A model generated the notes under the pieces. That model saw only the letters and a program-made list of their open reading frames with translations. It had not been told where the DNA came from and did not search any database. A stretch of DNA of 64,000 nt from IMG/VR virus record IMGVR_UViG_3300045988_157791. One strand, 5' to 3'. Each line of letters starts with the position of its first letter. Position 1 is the first letter of the stretch. Shown one piece after another: positions 9,953 to 19,595 of this stretch. This DNA comes from a virus (lineage: Duplodnaviria > Heunggongvirae > Uroviricota > Caudoviricetes). Both the position numbers and the translations under genes were made by a program.

Positions 9953-10617
9953 ACCAGAGCCTCACCAGCGTTCTCCATTTCATTACCGGTGTTAATAGCC
10001 TGCTCTTTGATGATGTTTTTTATGGTTTCTGCAACACGATCTGACGCATCGAAAGTTACTTTGAAGCGCATGGTCTGATGTTCCGCACCCACACGTTCGG
10101 TTTTCTCTCGTTTGTCGGTATCGACAGGCTCATCACTACCACGAGACAACGCCTCCAGTGCTTCAAGGTCGATTGCCGCCTCTTTTGCTAAAACCATCGA
10201 GATTTCGTCGTCATACGGGGCGATTTCAGACAGTTGATAGTCAAGTTCTGACTGAATTTCTTCAATGAAGCGTTGCAATGCGATTTGGTCGTCTTCACCG
10301 TATCGCTCGTTGTCCACCAGTGACATCTGTTTAGCTACGACATCGCTAATTTTGCCCACAGAAAGCACCGGAACCGTTGAAATTCCTTGCTCAATAGCGG
10401 CACGCCAGCGATGTTCGCCGCCGAGGATTTCAAAAAATCCATCTTCAAGTTCACGAGCCAAAATTGGCTTAAAAAAGCCCAATTTTTCGATAGAACCTTT
10501 CAGTTTTTCAAAATTCTGCGCACCAACCGAATTGGTGTTCCAGGTATTCGGGCGAAGGTTGGCAACATCAACCTGCAAAATCGTGATTTTTACATCCATT
10601 TTATTGCTACAATCCAC
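9919..10617 (-). CDS. ParB N-terminal (ParB/Srx) domain protein, second paralogous domain
   Basis: ILGGEHRWRAA motif; overlaps start of previous gene. Confidence 0.55.
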   Translation of the reverse strand: MDCSNKMDVKITILQVDVANLRPNTWNTNSVGAQNFEKLKGSIEKLGFFKPILARELEDGFFEILGGEHRWRAAIEQGISTVPVLSVGKISDVVAKQMSLVDNERYGEDDQIALQRFIEEIQSELDYQLSEIAPYDDEISMVLAKEAAIDLEALEALSRGSDEPVDTDKREKTERVGAEHQTMRFKVTFDASDRVAETIKNIIKEQAINTGNEMENAGEALVWLVDYYKERM

Positions 10618-10681
10618 TAAGTAATCACTTACTTATTATAATAGCCAAATAACATACAAAAGGCACTAAGGAAAGAGGTTT

Positions 10682-12241
10682 ATGACTGTTCGGATTGTAT
10701 CTAACGCAGTAAATGCGCTTATTTCTGGCGCAGATGACAAGGTAAAGCAACTGGTGCAGCAAATGTTGAGCTACGAAGTCGAGACTGGCGACTGGAAGGG
10801 CACAAGCACGATGTTCAACTGGAGTAAAAACTCGTTCCCTGCTGGCTTTGCCAAGCCTGTAGCGGCGAACTTGAACAAGGCGGGCATCAAATGTGTTCAT
10901 ATCCGCAAAGACAAAGCCCCGGCGCTTGGAAAGCCAAATCCGGCGGTTAACCCATTCCCATACAATCCTGATTATGCGTATCAGGATCAGACTGTGGAAA
11001 CACTAGTTCGCGAGGGAATGATGATTGCGCAGATCGCTACTGGTGGCGGGAAATCTAATGTTGCCTGCAAAGCAGCTGCACGTATCGGTCGAATGACATT
11101 ATTTTTAACAACCCGCTCTGTTCTGATGTTTCAAATGGCCGAAAACTTCCAGAGATCCATCGACTACCGCGCCAAAAATGGCGAACCGTGGTTAAAAGAC
11201 CAAAAGGTTGGAGTCATTGGCTCGGGTGAGTTCCAGGTATCACGACATATCAACGTCGCTACAGTTCAAACTCTGGCAAGTTTCCTTGAAGAACCACCAC
11301 GCGATGCAACACCAGATAAGAAGAGCTACCACCTCAAACGTCGGGACTTGGTGAAACGCTTCCTTTCAAGTGTGTCTCTGCTTATTCTGGAAGAGGCGCA
11401 TGAGTCTTCAGGCTCTAATTTCTATGACATCGCCAGATTATGTGTGAACGCAGACTATCGTCTGGCGCTTACAGCCACGCCGTTCATGAAGGATTCTACA
11501 GAAGCCAACATGCGTCTGATGGCTGTGGCCGGGCGAATTGAAATTAAAGTCACAGAAAAGTACCTGATTGATCGAGGCATTCTGGCAAAACCGTACTTCC
11601 TTTATCATAAAGTTGCTTACAAGCCAGACGAGGTCAGAATCAAGGCGGAACTTGCCAACAAACACCTTAATTTTAGAGTAGGTATGAGCACTGCCTACCA
11701 AAAGGCTTATCAGTTGGGGATCGTGTATAATTTGGGACGTAACGAGGCCATTGTGCGCGAAGCATTGCTCTATAAGCAACATTCTCTCAATTGTATGACT
11801 CTGGTTCGTCTTAAACGCCACGGGCAAATCCTGATGGAGATGATGAAGGAGTCCGGCCTTAGAGTTGACTTCATTTATGGGGAATCGAACCAGGCGACAA
11901 GGCAAGCAAAGCTGAACAGTTTAGCGTCTGGCGAAATAGATGTTTTAATAGGCTCGACTATTCTGGATGTCGGTGTTGATGTGCCAAGCGTGGGCGCGGT
12001 CATTCTTGCTGGTGGTGGGAAAGCAGAAGTTGAAATGAGACAGCGTGTCGGTCGTGGCTTACGAGCAAAAAAAAATCAGGCAAACGTGTGTTTTATCACT
12101 GATTTCATTGACATTAGCAACAAATACCTGTTGTCTCACTCTTATGAGCGAAAACACATCATCGACACCACACCTGGCTTTGCAGAAGGTGTATTGCCTA
12201 TTGATGGCGCATTCGATTTTGGAGTTCTGAAACGAGATTAG
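10682..12241 (+). CDS. SF2 DEAD/DEAH-box helicase
   Basis: Walker A TGGGKS, motif II LILEEAHE, motif III TATP, motif VI QRVGRGLR; RBS AAGGAAAGAGG upstream. Confidence 0.7.
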   Translation: MTVRIVSNAVNALISGADDKVKQLVQQMLSYEVETGDWKGTSTMFNWSKNSFPAGFAKPVAANLNKAGIKCVHIRKDKAPALGKPNPAVNPFPYNPDYAYQDQTVETLVREGMMIAQIATGGGKSNVACKAAARIGRMTLFLTTRSVLMFQMAENFQRSIDYRAKNGEPWLKDQKVGVIGSGEFQVSRHINVATVQTLASFLEEPPRDATPDKKSYHLKRRDLVKRFLSSVSLLILEEAHESSGSNFYDIARLCVNADYRLALTATPFMKDSTEANMRLMAVAGRIEIKVTEKYLIDRGILAKPYFLYHKVAYKPDEVRIKAELANKHLNFRVGMSTAYQKAYQLGIVYNLGRNEAIVREALLYKQHSLNCMTLVRLKRHGQILMEMMKESGLRVDFIYGESNQATRQAKLNSLASGEIDVLIGSTILDVGVDVPSVGAVILAGGGKAEVEMRQRVGRGLRAKKNQANVCFITDFIDISNKYLLSHSYERKHIIDTTPGFAEGVLPIDGAFDFGVLKRD

Positions 12242-12243
12242 TT

Positions 12244-12522
12244 ATGAGCGAAAAGAAAACAACTTATTGCCAAGTGGCATTGTCTGATAAGGCCAATGAA
12301 AAACTTGGAAAATTTCAAATAAAACTCAAAGAGAAAAAAATCAAGATGTCTAAGGCTGAAGTTATCAATGCCATTCTGGAGACGATGACTATGGCTGAAT
12401 TTGACAAAGTCACATCTGCCGTTGGGGTTTCCGCTAAGACGCGTGAGAAAATCATGCGCATCTATGAGAACTCCAATATGACAAAAAAAGATCTAGAGGA
12501 AATACTGAGCAGGTTGCCGTAA
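12244..12522 (+). CDS. small hypothetical protein, possible ribbon-helix-helix regulator
   Basis: 92 aa, lysine-rich, starts 3 nt after helicase stop. Confidence 0.3.
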   Translation: MSEKKTTYCQVALSDKANEKLGKFQIKLKEKKIKMSKAEVINAILETMTMAEFDKVTSAVGVSAKTREKIMRIYENSNMTKKDLEEILSRLP

Positions 12523-12587
12523 CATTTCATATTTACCCCCTATCTACTAATTCTATGATGTGCTCACTTGTTAGAAAGGAGCACATC

Positions 12588-13154
12588 ATGAGTTGGTTAA
12601 AAGAATTATCATTTGTTGACACCACTGGCGCTAAGAAAAATCATTCTTTCTGGAAAGTCAGCGATCCTTCCGATTTTCTTGTTGGTGCTAATGCTGCTTT
12701 TGAATTGCTTAACTTTTATCAACGTTATCCTGAAATGAAACACAGTCCACTCCTGTACAGAATAACAAACGATATGAATAGGTCTGGTTTATTATCAAGT
12801 GAGTCAGCGAAAGGCTTTTTTAGCAAAATTACGCCACACATATCATTCGATTCAGCAAACGAAATTGATTATCTACCCACGAAACCTCAAGAACAATTAT
12901 CTGTACCACCTGAGAAAAAAGAAAGACGAATTGCCAGCATTGAAAATATATCGAAAGAGCTTCGCACAACAACGTTGAGGCTGCTGAACTTTCTTACGCT
13001 ACTTAATTGGATAGATGATCAAACATTGATTCCATCAACCGATGCGTTGGATAACAGAGTCCTTAGGCTGAACAAAAAATCGCAATTTGGTTTTGTGTTC
13101 ACCAAAAAAGGTGAAGATTTAATCAAAAGAAAATATAGATTATTGAATGATTAA
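12588..13154 (+). CDS. hypothetical protein
   Basis: ORF track 12555..13154; internal ATG at 12588 preceded by AAAGGAG 7 nt upstream chosen as start. Confidence 0.35.
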   Translation: MSWLKELSFVDTTGAKKNHSFWKVSDPSDFLVGANAAFELLNFYQRYPEMKHSPLLYRITNDMNRSGLLSSESAKGFFSKITPHISFDSANEIDYLPTKPQEQLSVPPEKKERRIASIENISKELRTTTLRLLNFLTLLNWIDDQTLIPSTDALDNRVLRLNKKSQFGFVFTKKGEDLIKRKYRLLND

Positions 13155-13539
13155 TAGTCTACATGCAGGTGTATGAGAGCACCTGCATGTGACACTCATC
13201 ACATTTTTGAATGTATATACCTTCGGCTGAAAAAAGATCTTGATAGGCTGAATGATATTTGTAGGCTTCGCCTCCGAAGAAATTCGGAGGATATATGCGA
13301 CAATTTATAAAAACGTGTGACCTAAGAAATATAGTAGATGATATTGCATGTGATGAAATTAGCAAAAAAGAGAAGAACAAAAACGCCAATTAACGCTATC
13401 TACCTATAAATCTGAAGAGTTCAATAGGATGCATATCTGAAACACGCCCTCGACGATACCAAAAAGATTTGTCGAGGGCGTCGGGCTTTCCCTATGTCTG
13501 AACGATTAAATTTTACAGCAATTAAATATTTTGTATATG

Positions 13540-14340
13540 TTATTCTTCTGGTGGTACGACAAAATCGTCGAGTTTATTCTTTTCGTCTCGAAGCAACCTG
13601 ATTTCTTCTTCTGTTATGCATTTGTCATAATCTGTTTGTTCAGAATGGCACAGCGCAACTGCGAATGGATAGCCGGTGTAAGACAGCCCTCTAACAGGTT
13701 CTAATTCACCGTTGTCTTTTTTCCTAAATTTGTAAAAGTCAGGAGTGTCATAATTGGTGACGCTAACAAGAGCATATTTATCATTTTCTCTTGCATACAC
13801 TTCACTAACACCTCTCGATTCGCCCAACTCTCTACTCACATATGTCGAATCACTTGCAGCATCAAACACAGCCTGACCTAATGGAGTTTTTTTTAAATCA
13901 TCTATTTTCTCTTTTTCCTTCCTGATTTTAGATTCGTTTTCCAGATAAAGTTTCACACCATTTTCTTTACATGCTAGATTTTGGCGTTCAAAACGTAATC
14001 GTTCTCTTGCCGAGTTGGTACTTTTATCCATTGTAACGAATACAATCGGGTTACGTTCACGAACATCAAAGATGTGTGCATTGAATGCGGTCGCACCTGT
14101 ATAGGCGTTCAAGACGTTTTTGCCATTCACCTCTCCACATACCATATATGAATAGCTATTTTCACCTAACTGAATAGCTCGCATATTCGTGAACCGACCA
14201 GCATCAGGATCTAGCAGTGTAGAGCGAATATCCTTTTCAACTAGATTTATGGCTCGCTCTTCATCAGAATCACAACCTGTTAATAGTAAAGCCGCTATTA
14301 ACAATGCTAATGAGTATTTTTTATTCACCCCATTCTTCAT
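13540..14340 (-). CDS. putative lipoprotein
   Basis: Signal peptide with lipobox LALLIAALLLTG-C; 266 aa. Confidence 0.5.
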   Translation of the reverse strand: MKNGVNKKYSLALLIAALLLTGCDSDEERAINLVEKDIRSTLLDPDAGRFTNMRAIQLGENSYSYMVCGEVNGKNVLNAYTGATAFNAHIFDVRERNPIVFVTMDKSTNSARERLRFERQNLACKENGVKLYLENESKIRKEKEKIDDLKKTPLGQAVFDAASDSTYVSRELGESRGVSEVYARENDKYALVSVTNYDTPDFYKFRKKDNGELEPVRGLSYTGYPFAVALCHSEQTDYDKCITEEEIRLLRDEKNKLDDFVVPPEE

Positions 14341-14442
14341 GAAACTTATTCCATAATCAATTTTTGGTGGAATGTACGGTTAGTCTGTCTACGCATCATA
14401 GAGATGTATATAATGACCAAAAAAGACTTAAAAAGGTAGACT

Positions 14443-14964
14443 ATGGTTAAAGACATCACCTACGGCATACCGGCTGAAGTCTGGCCGCGAGACTACGAAC
14501 ATGCTGAAAACATACTTATGTTCTGGCGGAAGAACAACATTCCTGTAAGAGTCACGCTTGAAGACGGTCAGGTGTTTTGCATGTACGTTCAGGGGACAAT
14601 GCCTTCCCGCAATAAGCTAGATTTATGCCCGCTTCCATATGATAAAGAAAATCGTATAAGACTCCCACTTGAGCGCATTAGCACAATTGAATCAGGTGTA
14701 ATCGATGGCATTGCTCGCGAGTTCAAAGGTAGGCTAACAATACATCCAGACTATGTTGACAATCAGCCATCACGCCGTGACTTTTTTGCGATATGTCGCA
14801 AGGCTTATCAAAACGACCAATCTATAAGGGTCTACATGGCAGACGGTCGTGAAATAGAAGGGGTGTCAAGAGGCGTTGATGCTTGTCAGGTCACTCTTAA
14901 GTTAGAAGACGGCAGAAAAATACTTGTTTTCTTCGATTGGGTTGAACGAATCCTTCCATTTTAA
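14443..14964 (+). CDS. hypothetical protein with internal duplicated small beta-rich motif
   Basis: 173 aa; IPVRVTLEDGQVF and VTLKLEDGRKILVF repeated segments (Rof/Sm-like pattern, weak); TATAAT at ~14409 upstream. Confidence 0.4.
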   Translation: MVKDITYGIPAEVWPRDYEHAENILMFWRKNNIPVRVTLEDGQVFCMYVQGTMPSRNKLDLCPLPYDKENRIRLPLERISTIESGVIDGIAREFKGRLTIHPDYVDNQPSRRDFFAICRKAYQNDQSIRVYMADGREIEGVSRGVDACQVTLKLEDGRKILVFFDWVERILPF

Positions 14965-14976
14965 ATCTATAAGGGT

Positions 14977-15008
14977 AATAACCGGCTAAGTCCGGTTATT
15001 ATTTTACA
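14977..15008 (+). terminator. intrinsic terminator
   Basis: AATAACCGGCTAAGTCCGGTTATT hairpin followed by ATTTT. Confidence 0.5.
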
Positions 15009-15155
15009 TGCCATTCATTTAAAACTCTTTCAATGCCACTCTGTATAAATATATAAGGTTAAAAGCCTGAATTGATTATTTATTTAGGGAACACCTTCGA
15101 CGATCTTGCTTTTATTTCTAGGACTTTCATCCCTGCAAAAATTTAAAAAAAACAC

Positions 15156-15183
15156 TTGCAATCTTTTTTCACGTATCGATAAT
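15156..15183 (+). promoter_or_regulatory. sigma70-like promoter (TTGCAA-16 bp-GATAAT)
   Basis: -35 TTGCAA at 15156-15161, -10 GATAAT at 15178-15183, ~75 nt upstream of ATG 15259. Confidence 0.4.
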
Positions 15184-15258
15184 TGAACTCGTCGAAAGCG
15201 AGCTGGCTAACGACAGCAAAAAATAAATTCATTTTAATTTTTCGTAAGGATGTCCATC

Positions 15259-15909
15259 ATGGCTAACATTATCATTTCTAAAAAATCCATCGTTGAAGCT
15301 GCTTCCATTGTATCCGATGAACTGCGCGAAAAAGCAGATCTGGCAACTCAAACATATAACGAACATTATAAAAATGGTACGCACACTAAAGCAGACAAAG
15401 CAAATATGCAAGCTGCGACCACTAAACTTGCTTACTTCATCAACAACGTTGTAAACGCTGTAGAAGAAGAAAAATTATGCTCTGTTTTCTACTATGCGAT
15501 CAAAGCAAGTAAACAAGCGCCAGAAGCATTTTTCCGTGATGCAATGGCTAACAGTTATTCTCTGGAAAAACTGGTTTATCTGGTCAAATCAATTAAATCT
15601 GGTAAATGCGTTTATTCCGTCGCTGATATGTCAGGATCTCGTGTATTCGCTTTAATCGATATGATTAACGACGAGATCGACACGTTCACCAATGGCGCTG
15701 TTTTCGATTTAATGAATGAAGCAAAAAAAGCGTGCGAAATTAAATTGGACGCTGGCTATACTCAAGCCAACCAGTTGATCAATCTTTGCGAACGTCTCGG
15801 ACTTGTTGAAAAAGTCAAAGGAGCTGGGAGCGCGAAAGCTGGTACTCAGCAATATCGCTTCATTAAAAATGATTTCTATAACTATCTGGCTGATGCTTTT
15901 AAAGCGTAA
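15259..15909 (+). CDS. hypothetical protein (self-contained moron-like unit)
   Basis: ORF track 15250..15909; ATG 15259 has AAGGA at proper spacing; flanked by promoter and terminator. Confidence 0.45.
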   Translation: MANIIISKKSIVEAASIVSDELREKADLATQTYNEHYKNGTHTKADKANMQAATTKLAYFINNVVNAVEEEKLCSVFYYAIKASKQAPEAFFRDAMANSYSLEKLVYLVKSIKSGKCVYSVADMSGSRVFALIDMINDEIDTFTNGAVFDLMNEAKKACEIKLDAGYTQANQLINLCERLGLVEKVKGAGSAKAGTQQYRFIKNDFYNYLADAFKA

Positions 15910-15921
15910 TTAATGGAATCT

Positions 15922-15944
15922 GGCGCCCACTATGGGCGCTTTTA
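15922..15944 (+). terminator. intrinsic terminator
   Basis: GGCGCCCACTATGGGCGC hairpin + TTTT. Confidence 0.55.
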
Positions 15945-15957
15945 AGGAGTTTTAATC

Positions 15958-16188
15958 ATGTATGTTCTTATCGCTGGCGTTAACGTGCGCAATGAATATT
16001 TTGTTAATCGCATCGCTGGGATCGCTGGCTACGCTGGGCGCTCAGTCGAGTTTATCGATGAAACAACGCGTAAAATTGACTTATTGAACGACCAGGAGCG
16101 AAAAAAAGCTGAGGTGAACGACGCTGATATATTTTTAATGTTAAAAGCGTTTGTAGAAATGGGATTTGAAATCAGTTTACATAAATAA
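15958..16188 (+). CDS. small hypothetical protein
   Basis: 76 aa; AAGGAG RBS; flanked by two copies of the same terminator hairpin. Confidence 0.4.
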   Translation: MYVLIAGVNVRNEYFVNRIAGIAGYAGRSVEFIDETTRKIDLLNDQERKKAEVNDADIFLMLKAFVEMGFEISLHK

Positions 16189-16193
16189 AATCG

Positions 16194-16217
16194 AGCGCCC
16201 ACTATGGGCGCTTTTTT
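16194..16217 (+). terminator. intrinsic terminator (same hairpin as 15922)
   Basis: GCGCCCACTATGGGCGC + TTTTTT. Confidence 0.55.
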
Positions 16218-16240
16218 CGTTTCCAATACTTCCACAATAA

Positions 16241-16264
16241 CGCGCCATTGATGGCGCGTTTTTT
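16241..16264 (+). terminator. intrinsic terminator
   Basis: CGCGCCATTGATGGCGCG + TTTTTT. Confidence 0.5.
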
Positions 16265-16683
16265 ATTGTCTTTGACTCACTCCAACAACATAAAAATAAG
16301 CGCCAAAATAACGCCATAAACGCGCTTTTATATCCTTGCCAGTACATACCCATTACTTAACACATTAACGCGCTTAAAATGCGTTATATTGCGCTATAAC
16401 GTATGGCTAATCATTGGCTTTTAGTCTTGCTATGTGATCCGCGTTTATTTGTCGGCGCGGATCGGCATTTTGTGTTGTTTTGTATCCGCTCGCATATGAT
16501 TGCCACGTTGGGCAACGTGTACGCGCTTACAGTGATTTACCCACGGATTCACATAATCACATAGCGAAAGCTATCTGGATGGCCCAGGGGCTGAAACCCC
16601 CACCAGCGATACCCCAGCGCCGCTACGCAATTTCTGGCGCGATTCCGGGTTTCTCCCGCTCAGTTTTCTACATAAAGGCGAAT

Positions 16684-16805
16684 GCAGCCGTTTCCCGAAA
16701 AAATCCTGGCCGTTTCCCGTCGGCTCATGAATGCGTTCCTCGCCGTTTCTGAAAATTTCCCTGCGGCAGCTGGTGGCTATAGAGAAAGGGCCGTTTCTGG
16801 CCCTC
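16684..16805. repeat. direct-repeat array A of (G)CCGTTTC(C/T) motifs
   Basis: Four copies: CAGCCGTTTCCCGAAA, GGCCGTTTCCCGTCGG, CGCCGTTTCTGAAAA, GGGCCGTTTCTGG within ~120 bp of non-coding DNA. Confidence 0.5.
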
Positions 16806-16812
16806 TTCTCAG

Positions 16813-17295
16813 TTACACGCCATCAAGGATGTGGATGCGGTTGCTTGCGTATACATTCAGCATAAAGTTAGCGCAAAACAGTTTCCATGTGTCAACGCCA
16901 GCGGTATACGTAATGTTTTTGCATTTAATTGCATTGTTGGCGATCCGCATCCCCTGCGATACTGCTTCATCGTCGGAAAATTTGAACGACGATTGAGTTT
17001 TAATCCAGACAGAAATCTGCGTAGCGAACTCAATCAGCTTGGACTGGCAGAATCGCCCGGAGCGCACCGGAAAGACGAACGTTCCGAATCCAGAATTTAC
17101 CACATATGCTTTCTCAAATACCCGCGAGTAACGACGATTGCCAATGATGTTGCGTACAATAATGCATTTTTCTTGTTCTGACAGTTCTACCGTCTCATTG
17201 TGACGCCAGGCACCAAGTACTCGTTTTTCAATGTCAGAGAACGTTACAGCGATATTGCCATGTGCGGGTGCGTTTACAGTAGCGATAAAATTCAT
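16813..17295 (-). CDS. hypothetical protein
   Basis: 160 aa; preceded by conserved promoter/5'UTR block (GATAAT ... GAAAACAATTTGTT ... AAGGAA). Confidence 0.4.
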   Translation of the reverse strand: MNFIATVNAPAHGNIAVTFSDIEKRVLGAWRHNETVELSEQEKCIIVRNIIGNRRYSRVFEKAYVVNSGFGTFVFPVRSGRFCQSKLIEFATQISVWIKTQSSFKFSDDEAVSQGMRIANNAIKCKNITYTAGVDTWKLFCANFMLNVYASNRIHILDGV

Positions 17296-17499
17296 GATTA
17301 ATTCCTTATCGTAAATAACAAATTGTTTTCTTGTTGGCGTTAATTATCGTTGTACGAATAAGGCGTCAAAGTGGAAAGTTGCGGTAGCCGGACGGGAACA
17401 GGTGGGTTTGTCGGTTGCCTGGAGGTAAGAGGTTGGTGTTTTTAGCCTGAGGGAAACAGGATGGTCATTTAAGGCCACCAGCATTGGTGGCCTTAGTCT

Positions 17500-17781
17500 T
17501 TAGTGGAGCAGACCGATGTCGATGGTATCCCCTGAATCACCCACACGGATCATCAGCATGGCGAAGGCGTTTAGTGGATAACTGGCGTGCCATTCAGGGA
17601 AGCGGTCATCTCGCATGAAGTCGGCAATGTCGTAAACGCAGCCCTCAAAGTGGAAGAATCGCGTGCTTACCTGCTCGTCATATTCCACATGATCCATTTC
17701 TTGCTGTTCTGTTTCCGGCAAGTCCAGCCATGATTCAAGGAATACATTTTGTGCTTTAGGGGTAATGGTGAAATCAGTCAT
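17500..17781 (-). CDS. hypothetical acidic protein
   Basis: ORF track 17500..17913; internal ATG at 17781 has GAGG at 8 nt; upstream conserved block. Confidence 0.4.
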   Translation of the reverse strand: MTDFTITPKAQNVFLESWLDLPETEQQEMDHVEYDEQVSTRFFHFEGCVYDIADFMRDDRFPEWHASYPLNAFAMLMIRVGDSGDTIDIGLLH

Positions 17782-17970
17782 GAGCATATCCTCACTGCGT
17801 AAACATGTTGTTTTCTTGTTGGTGTAATTATCGCAGTGTAGATAAGGCATAAAAGAAGTTAATACAGGCTGAATACACAAGAAAGGTTCTGGAAGTTGAT
17901 AACCAGGTTTCAAACTAACCTTCGGTTATTAAAAGTCATTTAAGGCCACCAATGCTGGTGGCCTTAATAA

Positions 17971-18114
17971 TTATCGCCCGATTACGCTAAGGATCTTTTC
18001 CTCAACTGATTTGTTGTTGCGACTAAACTGCCTTGCGTATCTGATGACAGAAGAGGCGTTTTGCTTTCTGACCATCTCGGCTCTTTCCTTCAGGCGTTTC
18101 TTGAAATCGCCCAT
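17971..18114 (-). CDS. small ORF (47 aa), translationally coupled to upstream gene
   Basis: ATG 2 nt after stop of 18117..18491 gene (TAAATATGG); MGDFKKRLKERAEMVRKQ...; below ORF-track size cut-off. Confidence 0.25.
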   Translation of the reverse strand: MGDFKKRLKERAEMVRKQNASSVIRYARQFSRNNKSVEEKILSVIGR

Positions 18115-18116
18115 AT

Positions 18117-18491
18117 TTACCACCAGGCACGGAACGTCAGTCTATTATTGTGAAAGTCGTGGTTCTTAATCAGATCTTCCACAAGCTCTTTCAACTCCCC
18201 CACATCATGCCAGTAACCTTCATCGTACTCCTGACTGCCGAAGAAAAAACCTTCCCGGGTAGGCAAGTACTCTTCGCAATTACTTTCGTTTATGTGCATC
18301 AAATGAGCCTTCAGAAAACAAATGTCATTCATCGTTAATTCTAAAAGCTCACAATTTTCGACTTCACCTACGTTGCGCTCCATCCACCCAACGAGCGCAT
18401 TGAACTTACGGAAGTAAGCAACCTGCTTTCTGGATGCCTCGTTATTCAGATCGTTTTTAGGCTGCGTCTCGATATAGATATCAAGTCCCAT
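18117..18491 (-). CDS. hypothetical protein
   Basis: ORF track 18117..18533; ATG 18491 preceded by AAGGAAACC. Confidence 0.4.
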   Translation of the reverse strand: MGLDIYIETQPKNDLNNEASRKQVAYFRKFNALVGWMERNVGEVENCELLELTMNDICFLKAHLMHINESNCEEYLPTREGFFFGSQEYDEGYWHDVGELKELVEDLIKNHDFHNNRLTFRAWW

Positions 18492-18608
18492 GATGGTTTC
18501 CTTATTAAGTTGCTTCAGTGAAATCATTTTCACAAATCAGATAAGGCAGAAAACAGATTGTTATCGGGCATAAGAAAATGGCGCGGTTTACGCGCCATTC
18601 AAAGAGGA

Positions 18609-19004
18609 TTAAGCGAATACGCTTTCAGGGATTAAGGTGTCAGCAGGAATGCCGGAGGTAATGCGCAGGCCGTACTGACCAATCCAGGTAGTGTTGGTAT
18701 TCAGGCTGGAGGCGAATACGGTGTTAACCATATTCATCATGGTTTCAAACACCTCTTCATCAACCTGGCGGAAGTAGTTCTCGATTTTCAGCAGCAGCGG
18801 GTCAGTTGCATCGAAAATAGACTGGTATTGAGTCGCGTACTCGCCGCCGGAGGCATCACCTTTACGCACGATCGTACTGGCCTGGACTTCGGCACCAGTT
18901 TCGGTGTTGTACGTAACAACGGTGATTTTTGCCACATTCTTACCTTCGGCGGTTTCAGAGGCATAGTAAACATCAACTGTCAGTTTTTCGCGTTTAACGG
19001 TCAT
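18609..19004 (-). CDS. hypothetical protein
   Basis: ORF track 18609..19070; ATG 19004 (MTVKREKL) preceded by GGAGAG and a TTGTAA-17-TAGAAT promoter whose spacer holds the GTAAGTACATACTTAC palindrome. Confidence 0.4.
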   Translation of the reverse strand: MTVKREKLTVDVYYASETAEGKNVAKITVVTYNTETGAEVQASTIVRKGDASGGEYATQYQSIFDATDPLLLKIENYFRQVDEEVFETMMNMVNTVFASSLNTNTTWIGQYGLRITSGIPADTLIPESVFA

Positions 19005-19130
19005 TTCACTCTCCGTAGTGTATTGGTTATTTTTATATTCTATGATCGTAAGTATGTACTTACAATACAAAAAAGCCCCGTAAGGATGGCGGGGCTGTCG
19101 TACGGTCGACTAATTACCACTTGCACATTA

Positions 19131-19442
19131 TCAGGCTATTGCCATCACTGATGCTCTCTGAATCTCTTGCTGGGCCACGCGGTTAACTTCCATCAAAGCC
19201 AGTTCGAGCTGATGTTCCGGCCACATTCTTTGAAATGCCACCCAGCCTTTTCCACGCTGGCGACGAACATTCATTACATAACGAGTAAAGGTGTTTTTAT
19301 CGAAAGACACCGCTGTTTCACGGAATAGACGAATAGAGGTTCCATTGGCAACGATATCCAGCAAAGTTAATTGAGCAACCAGTGCAGGCTTCTCTTTTCT
19401 CTTCTGGTCTTTGTCCAGACCAAGAACCAATGATTTTTTCAT
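19131..19442 (-). CDS. hypothetical protein
   Basis: ORF track 19131..19472 (TTG); ATG 19442 with GGAG at 7 nt. Confidence 0.4.
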   Translation of the reverse strand: MKKSLVLGLDKDQKRKEKPALVAQLTLLDIVANGTSIRLFRETAVSFDKNTFTRYVMNVRRQRGKGWVAFQRMWPEHQLELALMEVNRVAQQEIQRASVMAIA

Positions 19443-19595
19443 CACAACTCCGTAAACAACTTGTTTTCTCAATGGCGTAAATAATACCAGTAAGAAAACG
19501 GCTACAAAGCATATTGATCAGGTGCATGAGCGATATGCAGGTTCTTCCCTGCGGCTATAGAGAAATTAAGCCAGCAAAGCTGGCTTTGGTTGGGG

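Noticed and set aside
13159-13389. 76 aa minus-strand ORF
   Set aside because: AT-rich intergenic region containing hairpins; hydrophobic low-complexity product, no RBS
16480-16996. Plus-strand ORFs 16480..16752 and 16682..16996
   Set aside because: Cross repeat array A and the stop/3' region of the minus-strand gene 16813..17295; no RBS; likely non-coding
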